DNA of 64,000 bases from IMG/VR virus record IMGVR_UViG_3300035670_000008, positions 152,564-216,563 of that record. One strand, 5' to 3'. Numbering within the stretch: position 1 is the stretch's first letter; each line of letters opens with the position of its first letter. Under the pieces are notes generated by a model. It searched no databases. It saw only the letters and a program-made list of their open reading frames with translations, and was not told where the DNA came from. The position numbers and the translations under genes were made by a program. This document shows, in pieces, positions 43,801 to 48,753 of this stretch.

Positions 43801-46641
43801 TCAATGGGTAAACTTCCCATTGCTTTGTTGGTTCCATTGGTGAATCAACGGCTTAAGTCGGGTGGTCAAGAACTTGATCGATTGATTAAGATCGACACTA
43901 AGTTGGTGTATGAACATGATGGAGTTCGTTCGGACAACGAGCTAGCCAAACTGACCGTCAAGAGAGGCTATACTTCTATCCGTCGGTTGACCCAGACGAT
44001 GTTAAAAGATTCCAGCAACACCGCCGCTAACATTTTAATTAAGGAAGTGTTGGGTGGGGATAAAGCGGCGACGCAGCTAGCTAAGCAGTACTACAAAGAT
44101 AACCAAATACAGATTGGTTACTACGGTGGTGACACTCGTAAGCGGATGGGCGGTACGTCAGCGGCTAAAGCCACCACCAAGTCTTTGTTCCAAGCTTGGA
44201 CAGAAATTCGACGGGGTAAAGGTGCTTACTTTGATGTAGCTAACCAAGCGCTGTCTGACCCTGGTCGTTTTAAACTACTAGGCGATACTTCCACAGCGTC
44301 TAAGATTGGAGTTACTTCCTCGGTATTAGGTAACGCCGGGACTTACTCCGGTGGTGAAATTTTAGTCTTTGACTTCGGCAGTAATAAAGACCACCGTGAC
44401 CCTAATAATCAGCGTCGTTTAGCTCAGGCAGCAGCTGAGGTCAACGCTTTGTTGGGTAAACGAACGACGGTGCAAGTAGCCAATCCATCTGCCCAGTATC
44501 AACAACAGCAGGCTCAACGGAATGTTAGCTACATTCCAGGGGTTGGCGCGGGTCGGTCGAGAATTGTAACCAGCCCCGCAAGTGGTGTAGTTACTAATAG
44601 AAATGACCCGGACAGCCGCGAGTTCGTAACGGGGAGTGATATTCAAATAGGCGGTATCCGTAACGGCGTGCCAATTTGGAATCCCATCCAAGGATTGACC
44701 CAGGTTAAGCCTAATAGCTTCCAAGGTCGAGGCAGAGGTAGAAGCGGAAAAGGTTGGGGTAACTTGACTCGCTACCGGATTGACTTAGGTAACAACCGAG
44801 TCGTAGAGATGTTGCTCGGTCACGGTGATCGCCCCTTTGAGGATTATATGGGTCAAGGCGGTATTGTACCATTCGCCTTACTTGGTTACCAAGGGGATAC
44901 AGGGCACGCAACAGGACCCCACGCTACTACTTCTTATAAACCGGTTAAGGGAACTAACGCGACTGCGGCTGACGCAAGATTAGTTGAACGCATGGTTCAG
45001 AATGCGTGGACCAGTAGAGGGTCTTGGGTTCGTGTCAACGGCGAGTGGCGTTTGGTTAAGTTGAACCAGGCCCAGCAGATGGGGTTACTTAATGGTACTC
45101 AACCTTCAGTTCAACCAAGTCAAACGGTTAAACCCCAACCAGTTAGTCAACCTGCTCGTAGCCAACAACAACTCAAGCAATCGTACCAACCTGCTGGTGA
45201 CTTCAAGCGAGTCAAAGCTAGTTACTACGGCGGTACCCAATTCCATGGTAAGCGAACGGCTTCAGGGGAAATCTACAACCAAAACGCGTTGACGGTAGCG
45301 GTTCCCCGGGATAAGCGGAATAGACCCATCATACCGTTTGGAACCGTCTTAGAAGTTATTAACCCAGCTAATGGCAAACGAGTCTTAGTTAAGGTTACTG
45401 ATACTGGTTCGTTTGGCAGTATGGGAAGAGGGTTAGACTTAAGCGTAGCCGCGGCTACAGCACTAGGTACGATTAAAGCTGGGGTGGCTAATGTTCAGTA
45501 TCGGATTGTCAAGCCTGTGGCTAACGCTAAACCACAAGAGCCAAAACTAGAGCTGCCTACTACTAAACCAAGTGATTGGGCTCCTCTTGTACCAAAGGCT
45601 GCGCCGCCGCCTGCTCCCAAACCTAAACCCAAGTTCAATATCTTTGACCCTAGAACCTGGCTAAGAAGCGAAGGGGTAAGACCTCAACAGACTTCTAACC
45701 CCGTAGCTACGATTAAATCTCCTGTCATAGAGGAACAGCAAAAAGGGGGTGATAACATGGTTCCTAGACAACGAATGGAGCCGGTGCTGGTCGCTGGGGA
45801 TTTATCTAAGCTTTCTGGTATTTTGCCTCCGGCAGATAAACTGCCTACGGCTAGTAACGTCTGGGGGATGCCTGGTCATCGGCCTGCGCCGACGGGTAAC
45901 TATCATGACTACGGCAAGCGCCCGCCGCAAAGAGAGGGCCCCATTTGGGGTCAGGCTGGTAGCAGACCGGAGCAGACCGGTAGCTACCAAGATTGGGAGC
46001 GGATACCCCAGCGTGACCGGACTACGCCGCCAGTACCTACGGTGCCGGGGCATCGTCCAGAGATATGGGATATTCTTCCCCCATTGGGGAATATTCCTGG
46101 AACGGTGGATATTCGTAACCCTAAAGCTAAGCCGACGATTCCGCCCAGTGAATGGGGAGTCGTTAAACCTAAGGCAAAGCCGAAAGTAAAAGCGACCCCC
46201 ACGCCTAGCCCGGCTCGTATTGAAGTGCCTATCGGAATGCCCAAAGCGGTGCTTGGACTAGCCGGTGTGCTAGCTAACGCAGTCGGGAAGAACTTTAACG
46301 CCGAGTTGGTGACGGAAGCCCAGGAGCTTTTGAATGATGCGGCGCAGGCAGCTGTGAGTTATGTAGAGCAAATTAAGGAGGCTAAGGCGGCGGCGATTCT
46401 TTCTTTAGAGCACCCACAGACGTTAGCTGGAGTTCGTCCGAGTAATCAACGTGGGCAGGAGGTTCGCACTAAGAAACAAGAGATAGTTGCTAGCTACGAA
46501 GACGGGAAGATTTATATTGGTCAGCAGATTCCTACTGAAGCAGTGCAGGCTCAGTTAGCCAACCGGGATATTAAGGTTCCGGTTCGTCCCGAGCACGAGC
46601 GAGCTGCCGCTCCACGGATGATGAATACGAAAGCAGACTAG
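25810..46641 (+). CDS. Giant (6943 aa) tape-measure-like/ejection protein with six C-terminal cell-wall-enzyme domains
   Basis: Uninterrupted ORF; long Ala/Gly-rich helical region with hydrophobic segments; C-terminal lysozyme-like, M23, VanY/M15B, beta-lactamase-like, second M23 and RlpA-DPBB motifs. Confidence 0.8.
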   Translation: MAIDYIDAVGGRLSVKLESSHLNESAGNMSIGGQVERTKEDPYGVVSYMHDTNRLARFVDGLRDIEVIQFAAPFNNIQRSVSPSPNPLSNMLEGAYNSAKWMQALFPSEVSMLMKTKQLKSLETDLTNFDSTVQNPIKLYEAREALLNNQIQAKYHKNKDGSFPEVTGAQLDRLQHSKLLEGLYSKEKQAQLQAEFKEKGFNVQAPTGKVQTTTAMFTDTSFLGISITGSGGALGSYEDYTLGFENPNIIRDLAYFRENKSTIDYYEREPVPGVTITGNLSIYKKRVEALREANEIQRILGKGKDGLFVYVASPSMDWNEQPREHNYRDTIQRKNVGAYIKELQKTGTQGILSLGIDKKRINIPAGEKTKLLQNAYIGDSRSGRRDHGNMQYINLRGTPKDRISKEAQEELARKGLLDKAVKGISTLSIGQYRIVGDESINQETTIDLNKVSPAYREAAEGIAQGSIGGKNFYQLRKDVAKEGIAGALLQEFYTPTFSDRQKRGWEQEGLLPNMPLSMPASFFRYFEPGTKTRIYTDRFKALTGYRPEGAQGYVLRTLDEKLSDPGLGNQINYMFRQRDLYEVGKGAVGTLAAGVGRFIDTATGFYTMQTIKARESGQLSGSLRKLYESRQRDPYEQTEKRGFFENLTTKAVAITGSTATAMASYFGVTHAYTMAKAAVEQVGVDYVLDSIASGKVGGASKLFLEQLLDESHSNLITGANIIYNAESGALRTIENTGKALDEYFDLSTRSSLKALQLDDELVDEVVKESDFIGGIRGKGIAAPTEQQAVLNLIGELDTSAAARDNTVAGLVTKKLEARLAEFAKRPGTATGAKPPAGEIRGWVTEIYKELGIHRDAGTIDLGRGVDHPTIAARVQQPAGFVNIASVRRMDTGNLHNMFIPLLDEVVFDKNNQQYRTAKENLLRLAKASPILSYKQTANNLSAASDLKIYNYGYERIRQLAEVFDELAEQLPANPLMWIKPIRQVFMANPLTGGQTRHSIEGGAETTLRYTFKDLIGPGFTGLINLQGQITRELVNINKVGLGKHLEGGFDLIKQSKELVQSQSQLVAIIQQSNSAQQAVEMLEGFNIGGNLTELGARKEFIRKQSRYDVLLRDRRRDYEELLKQEGGNPAFSGLRKGLLGIGTVLLVDRLFDTFVMRPQGVDLFDSILSDVIGSRSPAVEGREGDAAFQSLYDTEYSNALPNIVKYPSAAAGFFIGGHMFPSYEVAESSIYTAMRSKYGELGEAALSGTKFTLQAEGDRAIALGINKQIIKTKFGTAGALLGASAALIGSQLLANYVADVAKPAVRGFDNLASLATGVFTGQWGRWREPESGLDVDPVKGSAASVLAKLVHYSVRGQAKGYRKGGLVTAEQKTDTYLLGLTAQSMMQSDSKPPQLFYSFATQIASPFFQFASVGKVDPAKNTINLNAGLQLFPLLGAGLMLPSPLTPKVTYTSALPTRMVANYLKKYHEGVRYRYEPNTLGEIQEREAFHRMEEINKLSSMMLGGGVNLSLDTKPLVYLAMLGGLRDLSESSLAAFEQMQVNNRDLSPDKATKLYKELSNYETLFHAGRTGFNVLDTMSRAAYSLPMVMPNYLVKSATTLLGGAGRTQHILGPMARRASPYLLAFGILGASFRFNDKAMESELVTYADLQKLFKTGQYEGLNQKLIESQGINLTQTVIGSALLGAAISSSGAFESVRNFGAAYDRVQKITEQGGRAGYIDRQKHKLYSMWMEHLAEKGTVGLPLESGVDLVIESINTPSKASEAYEQISRRLVEPAEATLQTRLRDRQLIEAAREIDIPLVRTMPTRLGMLARRVAPLVVGAMVVSQMLATTDGFKQSPWMSLIRNLTDTGAGDLSAEQRAMLTKLGIKEPKYRPKDLGQSFRNIADYLVGAAMTPFGGNTFGLYQDNPNPFSPILGPLGVSLGSQDDVRPYLQSQSVAADISGSLYLLPAMSAGISEAMNLGPLLKYAGQLETHPKGSQIARALIRGAGLRTRAAKFKGGPSQREMRAASSPELQMALVRRYDRLRQLSWQTAGEHQWDVLAEFHRAGRILGNNQRGTIPGAEMNATRPATTMIYDTLGKLHLIPVLNDGTFITPRKNTETELLKFFRNLMSSGAGYGQGAAADFSADVTDTLIRRSQDRGGVPVLSFFSGLFQYAFNSFYDKNTEEIAADSNNVIGAGLMAGAAIALGASFVGTTFATGIQLVGALAALSDQGNISDVRSSIRDLRQGVKKRLRRSTFYIDQTNDRLVRPDGHNRIRALKDHNLTDEAVEQINQALTGQGRYGGYSPGNALETIIDADLRTTASKLVNTYHTGGGQTISTTVVEEVDALIKSLDTQLTVVVGGQQIHVGDLLTPTVAAEGATEAVVAHSVVKDKARLSTEIYEVLTSGKFKDTQQLEIERILLDHIDRGLAVTTADGRFEAAQATPNAYQPEAAVRAEQQAAAKKAAEQGVQTVEAYDPSVGYLRSKIQAKGYSGLMAEGAAGAMRAAGELINLKAYYEILSYTAAMGSSDVFDRRRSTQAAAQNTIQAFGMIIPMQYALKAAQASPGVAITAALTAAVIGGAALGNKQVRDTLGNIFKPVFSFGDKYVYKPAVQGLAGIYDAVTTAAPFIPQVLRPIAAVFDPIFSNMRSAAGNDPALSMLANFFVPEGVEQFYQRNAEIKGRTTPWGEAQEFYSNKELGQYYLSKMASRRRRGRSINAGIDSDLLHPFMQGKQVDIQYMNIFADRYLGGDGRIMEQFQTDRQMSNLLLMAIQRRQGMIDQYAEGSYMRKPYTKENVHHYFSTALALSKFSYAQTGSFIEAPINQAARGIGTTLGALQYVSELIPSEVGTKIKQGTVGAGIGFMVGAQLSHLGKDEGERRQYAAIGGSVGATVGGAGSVILAPSAQHLARRAFVALKKDKTVRAIAGGVATGAKYLTKQAGNALGMAGRWLNKAAPYLTFGALTTAAVYTNYDFLANLVDGDDRHKKGPLYNPLLKMGVSAGVGATTTLLGFTAVLGKNSNILASRLGKATGGVFRAGGKGANVLLLTGLTNFLLTNNVTGALPKTALRSAYTALNIGREEDFENYYSSGAAAASLVTGVVTPPVTNWIHGNYKRQLTGLLTPELNTIGPASAIPVDESQRAMALVTKLQGDLDFVEGRTSMKPVNTTAKMARLLGIAEDAVVQTNLEEEYLNVLSNKQLALRHARSLVDANLQHGFIHEGLRSIRAVARVSGHIGTLGLGYFLKGLSSSNSVPLSVLAMIMGGLGGFGYQHVNAKTANDRSWVNYMGAGLAGGYAAGTAAGLVTSFGSGNLPSVPLSKYPQRLMNLFARIVKAIDKGDVDDAISTKALPKWLDDIQGFSQKLLQDPRSAGLSESVNLKSVGTKVDWFKLSNKVLPVAAFSIDVLNLYTSVNQINNLQYGRSQAQFQQAYSSYQSTISTIAFSALMGIAARNTSFSRILGGTLQAGQLGYKRGLDESDNAYADAMVDNVAYQTSKRKQTMLALGAGGLSALSVSISALRANPSFAQRVLPKSLVALGSRPLAQSAAQQIDDFGMPVVQTAFTAYGLHRVAKPYEQRYEHSSNVSYQMAQRRGELMSLVLFATGSALLARKPSTKLGAAVTKYIPGLGAIGAGALKDLYTKDSFYQYEAMFLKSGITNDYAKNIIATKAAESTDDNLGITLGLTTLASIGLLVATKGKYKGPILAAPAVVASGLGYYNYSSTIHGEINERKQYEETGGLKPEEVAEYQEWRSSGELYPSRWKNTRQGVNYQKYKEAERRRITNFNLNYNAPVRRGYGFTPAPVDAKSIPDFVLRAAAMESHAKAIENHKANPVVLGASAAGLGLATWIVGTSRIPTLNVIPAAGKHYLSSWKTAVPFGTHVGTNLIEPVITGVAIAAEQRKINDLSKVPISVGIAGEMQAVRQSVDITTAQDKMTFLALMSQLPLSGETTLGSIVRGGLVHGIGHAIFESNIGMVREREFKQRVKVLAEARAKGVKVNSALLSKAVKAQATTDEGHAIAATLGIGQTATKLFMGGNVNAASSINASVEGAVSFLGIKAVINRAIGKRRFDNVVLNRSTRDDGRVLDSEPVANVVKQSAGPTGSKSSFEDDYLTNPYMLEAGATIGAYALITLGSSYLAARATKKAASIALNKAKQLLEERKLAAEPSVTTTAAEPAVAEPSPLASPEPAVSADTSAKGVSTVMDLYEETAPSPLASAEPPVGKPSYSADTSGQGVSAVLDLYESITPQTPAPETVAKPIVTAEPPSTSSQDVINKVTNPEPPTPTPTVTAPPSPEPTGPSKLESRKPRFGQIDPNLKGNISTGKKQALTAGKFLLGTSTDDHLSSSLVSLNRAINQVQNAGFASLGPAGASRYGQLMGERQAILLEQRRRQQQASQQVIETVAAEPEITPKPLEQPAPPQPTKPIPTTPKEPTVEPSLLDTTKAADYLPVPIYESFTDTSFLSRTSGKQTTLGRQKFLMAGGYMSTNSYSNVPELERAGGKDSADINKGDLSIRVSIKAQTVKDGKRVDIDNPYINIQHIWNIANDEYGRGGVITRDYILEINSFPGATVEEKAKSAYAYFEQQYARRMQELRSSNPAAIDKYMADAGHGDYLSWDYNNRQGDEGFLFKHEINPTGAVGKVTPPVENPTLPKPPQPQPTKTSDRTALLNIYETSTSGVEGSGSRDYDYTLPRGYGITYGNKPSGLDKDKFVERLDVDFKEREGGYRKIDLLGTKVEARTAALALKPMEVFNTSGIYTQTKNGKQLKVAYVSTMLGMASDVSEKDARKMVYHRDYFAEIKPEQDEQVVLRQLQAQYVEAVEWAKINAPDQIKDGHLVPRPEGKFVPIDLSNVGGLHTTIPQQDGGFIKPVPLPTSAERQVLSQQRADRVRRGQAKGIDYQMMLMDMVYGKAKESVTGVISKAKEISQSFVSGVGRAVRGTANQAWDGWSIFDRLEGLDARFGNQGMGGGAGFWTRFGQSAKYELSGRGIVEGGFGIGRNAQTGKVGIQGKGGAMALAGMGLQLADDILTLDWSRKNFAKSLGTVAKNQATSLAAGVAFGLVTAGLGALALSSVPALAALGIVGSAVLMGYGIYSLADQGFKVGGKAWEKFVLKRKRTAEEQKVYEQQSQVLSMGFGVGTFVYAGYNQIKSLQGARRAASVVNQAPVVPTVPVRQAVDVIDDVAPRTPVNPTRSGSVLKTAGKAVKVASTMYSVYQIGTGLHQAFTGKTEQAKDQGRRQAVREIGGLIGMRAGAKVGGYVGRAGGTAVTANPTGAIVGDVAGQAVGGYIGYQGGSNIAEQMYDNAMEMMYGKMNQRQRQEAVDKEVKRRSAGSQYNLEAIQGKEQKVAKQIERPRAWWRSDEEDTPWWKKLLQTIGKGVEALGNFLTRTKNAALDAADALSNWATGGVPLSSDALISGNLRAANSRGTSIIQAAQILGINPLDLATIVEFESDGNPHIRGGAGGNYIGLIQFGPNERKKYGYHSKMTFEEQMLGPVVNYFKDRFKSAGMSTEGASLEDLYTTVLAGNPKANRGSRDAFGTSPRSGVRKMTAPGADRDIALQKYFIVDGTLNAPTGFQVPSGARWASSMGVRDAKTLAQLPQRTGGNAYGMRIHPTQGRRKLHAGEDYAFPIGTPLSTATPAVVVFAGMLGNAGNTVVLRHSNGTYTRSLHMDKISVKAGDVLMPNQMYGTVGTTGDSTGPHLHFEEGSWDSKTNRFKAKPPTDLGRKSIQVGGKTVKVQATPPTSPQDYFNKVAPIQSGQTQSQQIITRTERKSTKVGGVTHYAYTNTTQKLVTIADSQVIGKQKQQLNETTAKQVNKMLAELKAATGVDLWILSGYRSVEYQQELWNKKKREGKSDAVIAKSLAIPGFSEHHTGDAFDISLQGQANLTAEQWASNPKLREARAWLDKNQSKYGFETSFLPGNKENVVSEPWHLRYVGPGSEYARQIKTNVTTSQQVINQVQGGTTTQQVALNQQQLTQGIEAIRKKYGLQSIYAQTKGGVTVGTVDKNKPAVVSSASMGKLPIALLVPLVNQRLKSGGQELDRLIKIDTKLVYEHDGVRSDNELAKLTVKRGYTSIRRLTQTMLKDSSNTAANILIKEVLGGDKAATQLAKQYYKDNQIQIGYYGGDTRKRMGGTSAAKATTKSLFQAWTEIRRGKGAYFDVANQALSDPGRFKLLGDTSTASKIGVTSSVLGNAGTYSGGEILVFDFGSNKDHRDPNNQRRLAQAAAEVNALLGKRTTVQVANPSAQYQQQQAQRNVSYIPGVGAGRSRIVTSPASGVVTNRNDPDSREFVTGSDIQIGGIRNGVPIWNPIQGLTQVKPNSFQGRGRGRSGKGWGNLTRYRIDLGNNRVVEMLLGHGDRPFEDYMGQGGIVPFALLGYQGDTGHATGPHATTSYKPVKGTNATAADARLVERMVQNAWTSRGSWVRVNGEWRLVKLNQAQQMGLLNGTQPSVQPSQTVKPQPVSQPARSQQQLKQSYQPAGDFKRVKASYYGGTQFHGKRTASGEIYNQNALTVAVPRDKRNRPIIPFGTVLEVINPANGKRVLVKVTDTGSFGSMGRGLDLSVAAATALGTIKAGVANVQYRIVKPVANAKPQEPKLELPTTKPSDWAPLVPKAAPPPAPKPKPKFNIFDPRTWLRSEGVRPQQTSNPVATIKSPVIEEQQKGGDNMVPRQRMEPVLVAGDLSKLSGILPPADKLPTASNVWGMPGHRPAPTGNYHDYGKRPPQREGPIWGQAGSRPEQTGSYQDWERIPQRDRTTPPVPTVPGHRPEIWDILPPLGNIPGTVDIRNPKAKPTIPPSEWGVVKPKAKPKVKATPTPSPARIEVPIGMPKAVLGLAGVLANAVGKNFNAELVTEAQELLNDAAQAAVSYVEQIKEAKAAAILSLEHPQTLAGVRPSNQRGQEVRTKKQEIVASYEDGKIYIGQQIPTEAVQAQLANRDIKVPVRPEHERAAAPRMMNTKAD
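42030..42430 (+). other. Lysozyme-like/lytic transglycosylase domain in the giant protein
   Basis: AAQILGINPLDLATIVEFES...YIGLIQFG...LEDLYTTVLAGNP (catalytic ES and GLxQ motifs). Confidence 0.7.
42560..42890 (+). other. Peptidase M23 domain in the giant protein
   Basis: GMRIHP...HAGED (HxxxD)...GNTVVLRH...LHM...STGPHLHFE (HxH). Confidence 0.9.
43150..43570 (+). other. VanY-like (M15B) D-Ala-D-Ala carboxypeptidase domain in the giant protein
   Basis: SGYRS..YQ, PGFSEHHTGDAFD (SxHxxGxAxD), EPWHLRYVG (ExxH). Confidence 0.9.
43700..44460 (+). other. Class A beta-lactamase-like/serine D,D-peptidase domain in the giant protein
   Basis: ASMGK (SxxK), DSSNTAAN (SxN), SKIG (KTG-like), in the correct order and spacing. 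Confidence 0.75.
44560..44960 (+). other. Second, divergent M23-like domain in the giant protein
   Basis: GSDI...GWGN...LLGH...LLGYQGDTGHATGPHAT; the first Zn-binding His and the last His appear substituted. Confidence 0.6.
45200..45510 (+). other. RlpA-like double-psi beta-barrel lytic transglycosylase domain in the giant protein
   Basis: ASYYG..FHGKRTASGE.YNQNALT.A...PFGT.LEV.N..NGK.VLVKVTDTG...RGLDLS.AAA..LG. Confidence 0.9.
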
Positions 46642-47105
46642 ACTTTAGTCTTTGTCTTCTTAGTAGTAGCGCCGGCCATGAACTTAGCGGCTCGGTCAGA
46701 TATACCCAACTGCTCGGGAGTCAGATTACCTCTAGTAAGTGCGTCGGCAATGTTCTGCTCGCGGGGAATCCATTGCATACTCCAACTCTCGAAGCAACTA
46801 AGTAGGTCTTTTGCGTAGGTGAGGGCAATATACAGATGAGCTTGTTTGGTATTCCAGTCACCGTTGGTGCATTTAACCACTAAGTCGCTATCTCCGTAGA
46901 TTTCGATGTCTCGAACGCCATGCTCGATAGCTTTGGTTAGCCCTAGGATTAGCCCACCGAACTCAGCGCTGTTGTTGGTGCCTGTGCCCATGAACTGGGA
47001 GTATTCGTGTTTTGTATCGTCTGGGGTAATTAAGACAGCGCCCGCGGTGCAATGGCCCGGGTTACTCGGTGCGGCGCTGCCATCAAAGAATAGAATTGCT
47101 TTCAT
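46638..47105 (-). CDS. rnhA: Ribonuclease HI
   Basis: FFDGS...NPG, TNNSAEF, YGDSDLV, WIPREQN.AD, supplying the DEDD catalytic residues. Confidence 0.92.
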   Translation of the reverse strand: MKAILFFDGSAAPSNPGHCTAGAVLITPDDTKHEYSQFMGTGTNNSAEFGGLILGLTKAIEHGVRDIEIYGDSDLVVKCTNGDWNTKQAHLYIALTYAKDLLSCFESWSMQWIPREQNIADALTRGNLTPEQLGISDRAAKFMAGATTKKTKTKV

Positions 47106-47115
47106 ATACCTCTAG

Positions 47116-47158
47116 AAAAAAAGATGATAAACCTGTTTTGTATAATGCACAAAACAGG
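47116..47158 (-). terminator. Intrinsic terminator between the 379-aa ORF and RNase H
   Basis: Minus strand CCTGTTTTGT-GCATTAT-ACAAAACAGG followed by TTTATCATCTTTTTTT. Confidence 0.55.
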
Positions 47159-47177
47159 CTTGATGTGGCTAACTAAG

Positions 47178-48317
47178 TTAGGCTGTTTGTAGGATGTTGT
47201 CGAACTTAACTGGGATTTCATCGACGTGGCAGTCGTCTGCAATTAACGCTTTAATTCCTTTAGCTAAACCTTCAGCAGCTTCGACAGACTCAAATAGAAT
47301 CGCGTCGTCAATGTCTTGACTGAAACTCAGCTTTAACGACTTGTCTAAAGCTGTCTTGAGAACTTTGGCGTTAAGATACCAAGTTTTACTCTGACGGTCG
47401 CAGAGGATTGTGTGCCCGGTACGATTCACCTCGAAACTAGTTCCGTCGGCATTAGCGTACTGAGATAAGAAGTCTTTAAGTTGCTTAGCTTCGTTATAGG
47501 GCATCAAAAACCGTTTCTGCCAATCGTCATCAAACACAATGCCGCTATCTGTCATAGACATCCAGCTCCAGGATTGGTTCTTCACCCGAGCTACCGTGAA
47601 TTGAGATTGATTAAACGCTTTGGTCGGTAGTTTATCGTCAGCCGGTAAGCTCTCTACCTGCGTAGCGTTTAGCTCTGAGCCACCTTTGATTAGTCCAAAG
47701 TCATACCCTAACCGGGCGGCTAATGCTTTAACGCCGCTACGCATCTGGTTATCGGTTAAGTTTACAGACCCCCGCCGCCGCTTAGCTAGCTCTAACTGAA
47801 CGATCAAGTTCCACTCTTCACAGGTATAGTGTGGGTTCTTTTTCGGCGCTCCGTTTACAGCTCCAGTACTTAAGCATAAAGTAATGCCATAGAGACCTGT
47901 AGTTGTATAGTATTTGATCGGGCGCGACTCACCTTTTGAGCTAACCCAGATGGACTCAGCCAGGAAATCGTAGGCTTTGATTAGATCTTCTGGTAGGTAC
48001 CCGTAACCCTCTTCTATGGTTCCGGTGATATAGTCTTTGTACCGCTGGCAGACGGAGTTCACTCGCACTTGCAGAAGAGTGCTTACTTTTTTATCAGTCG
48101 ATAGACGCAAGCCTAATAGGTCTAACCACTCTGTTTTAGTGAAAGGCCCTTGTCCAGCAATAGTGGAGAGAGGGTCAATTTCTAAGTTTTTAACGGTAGT
48201 GTAGGTTAGCCGCAGCTGCTCTACAGTCATTTCATTTAGAGTAATTCCCTTTCTTCCTCTGTAGGGAATCCACTTAATCTGTCCGGTTAGTTCTTTTAAT
48301 TTTTCGATGGATAACAC
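47178..48317 (-). CDS. Hypothetical protein (379 aa)
   Basis: Long ORF with GTG start and AGGAGG Shine-Dalgarno just upstream. Confidence 0.75.
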   Translation of the reverse strand: MLSIEKLKELTGQIKWIPYRGRKGITLNEMTVEQLRLTYTTVKNLEIDPLSTIAGQGPFTKTEWLDLLGLRLSTDKKVSTLLQVRVNSVCQRYKDYITGTIEEGYGYLPEDLIKAYDFLAESIWVSSKGESRPIKYYTTTGLYGITLCLSTGAVNGAPKKNPHYTCEEWNLIVQLELAKRRRGSVNLTDNQMRSGVKALAARLGYDFGLIKGGSELNATQVESLPADDKLPTKAFNQSQFTVARVKNQSWSWMSMTDSGIVFDDDWQKRFLMPYNEAKQLKDFLSQYANADGTSFEVNRTGHTILCDRQSKTWYLNAKVLKTALDKSLKLSFSQDIDDAILFESVEAAEGLAKGIKALIADDCHVDEIPVKFDNILQTA

Positions 48318-48384
48318 AGTGACCTCCTATGCGTATAGGTAACTAAATCTGAACTAATTGTGTATTGTACTTATCTTTTTTTGT

Positions 48385-48654
48385 ATGACTACGTCCCCGA
48401 TTCCCTTACCTTCCGGCACAATTACGGTTGACCCTGCTTTGTTGACTATCCTGTCTCAAATGGGGCCTTTACCTGCGCCTTATACGTCTACCACAACTAC
48501 AACTACGATCACTACAAGCACCACCAGCCCGTTGATGGCTCAACTGTTACTACAACAGCAGCTACAACAACAGTCTCAGCAACTTGCTCAGTCTACCCAG
48601 TATGTAACCCCGACTACTACAACTGAGCCTACGCCCGTTAATCCAGTTCCCTAG
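48385..48654 (+). CDS. Small Thr/Gln/Pro-rich low-complexity protein
   Basis: ATG at 48385 (MTTSPIPLPSG...), poly-Thr and poly-Gln tracts; lone + strand ORF followed by a bidirectional terminator. Confidence 0.5.
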   Translation: MTTSPIPLPSGTITVDPALLTILSQMGPLPAPYTSTTTTTTITTSTTSPLMAQLLLQQQLQQQSQQLAQSTQYVTPTTTTEPTPVNPVP

Positions 48655-48713
48655 GTTAACAAGCTAAATTAGTAGTAGTCCCCGTCAAGACAAGACAGCG
48701 ATTAGAGAACAGG

Positions 48714-48751
48714 AAAAAGACCTTGGGTAGAGAAGCCACCAAGGTCTTTTT
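48714..48751. terminator. Bidirectional intrinsic terminator closing the Ubl operon
   Basis: AAAAAGACCTTGG-GTAGAGAAGCCA-CCAAGGTCTTTTT, with A-tract and T-tract flanks. Confidence 0.8.
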
Positions 48752-48753
48752 GT

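Noticed and set aside
43700-44460. Antibiotic-resistance beta-lactamase gene
   Set aside because: It is an internal domain of a virion-type protein among wall hydrolases, with no signal peptide; a D,D-peptidase role is more plausible.
770-46244. Numerous 60-170 aa alternative-frame and antisense ORFs in the ORF track
   Set aside because: They lie inside long, motif-supported genes and show no recognisable motifs; treated as shadow ORFs.
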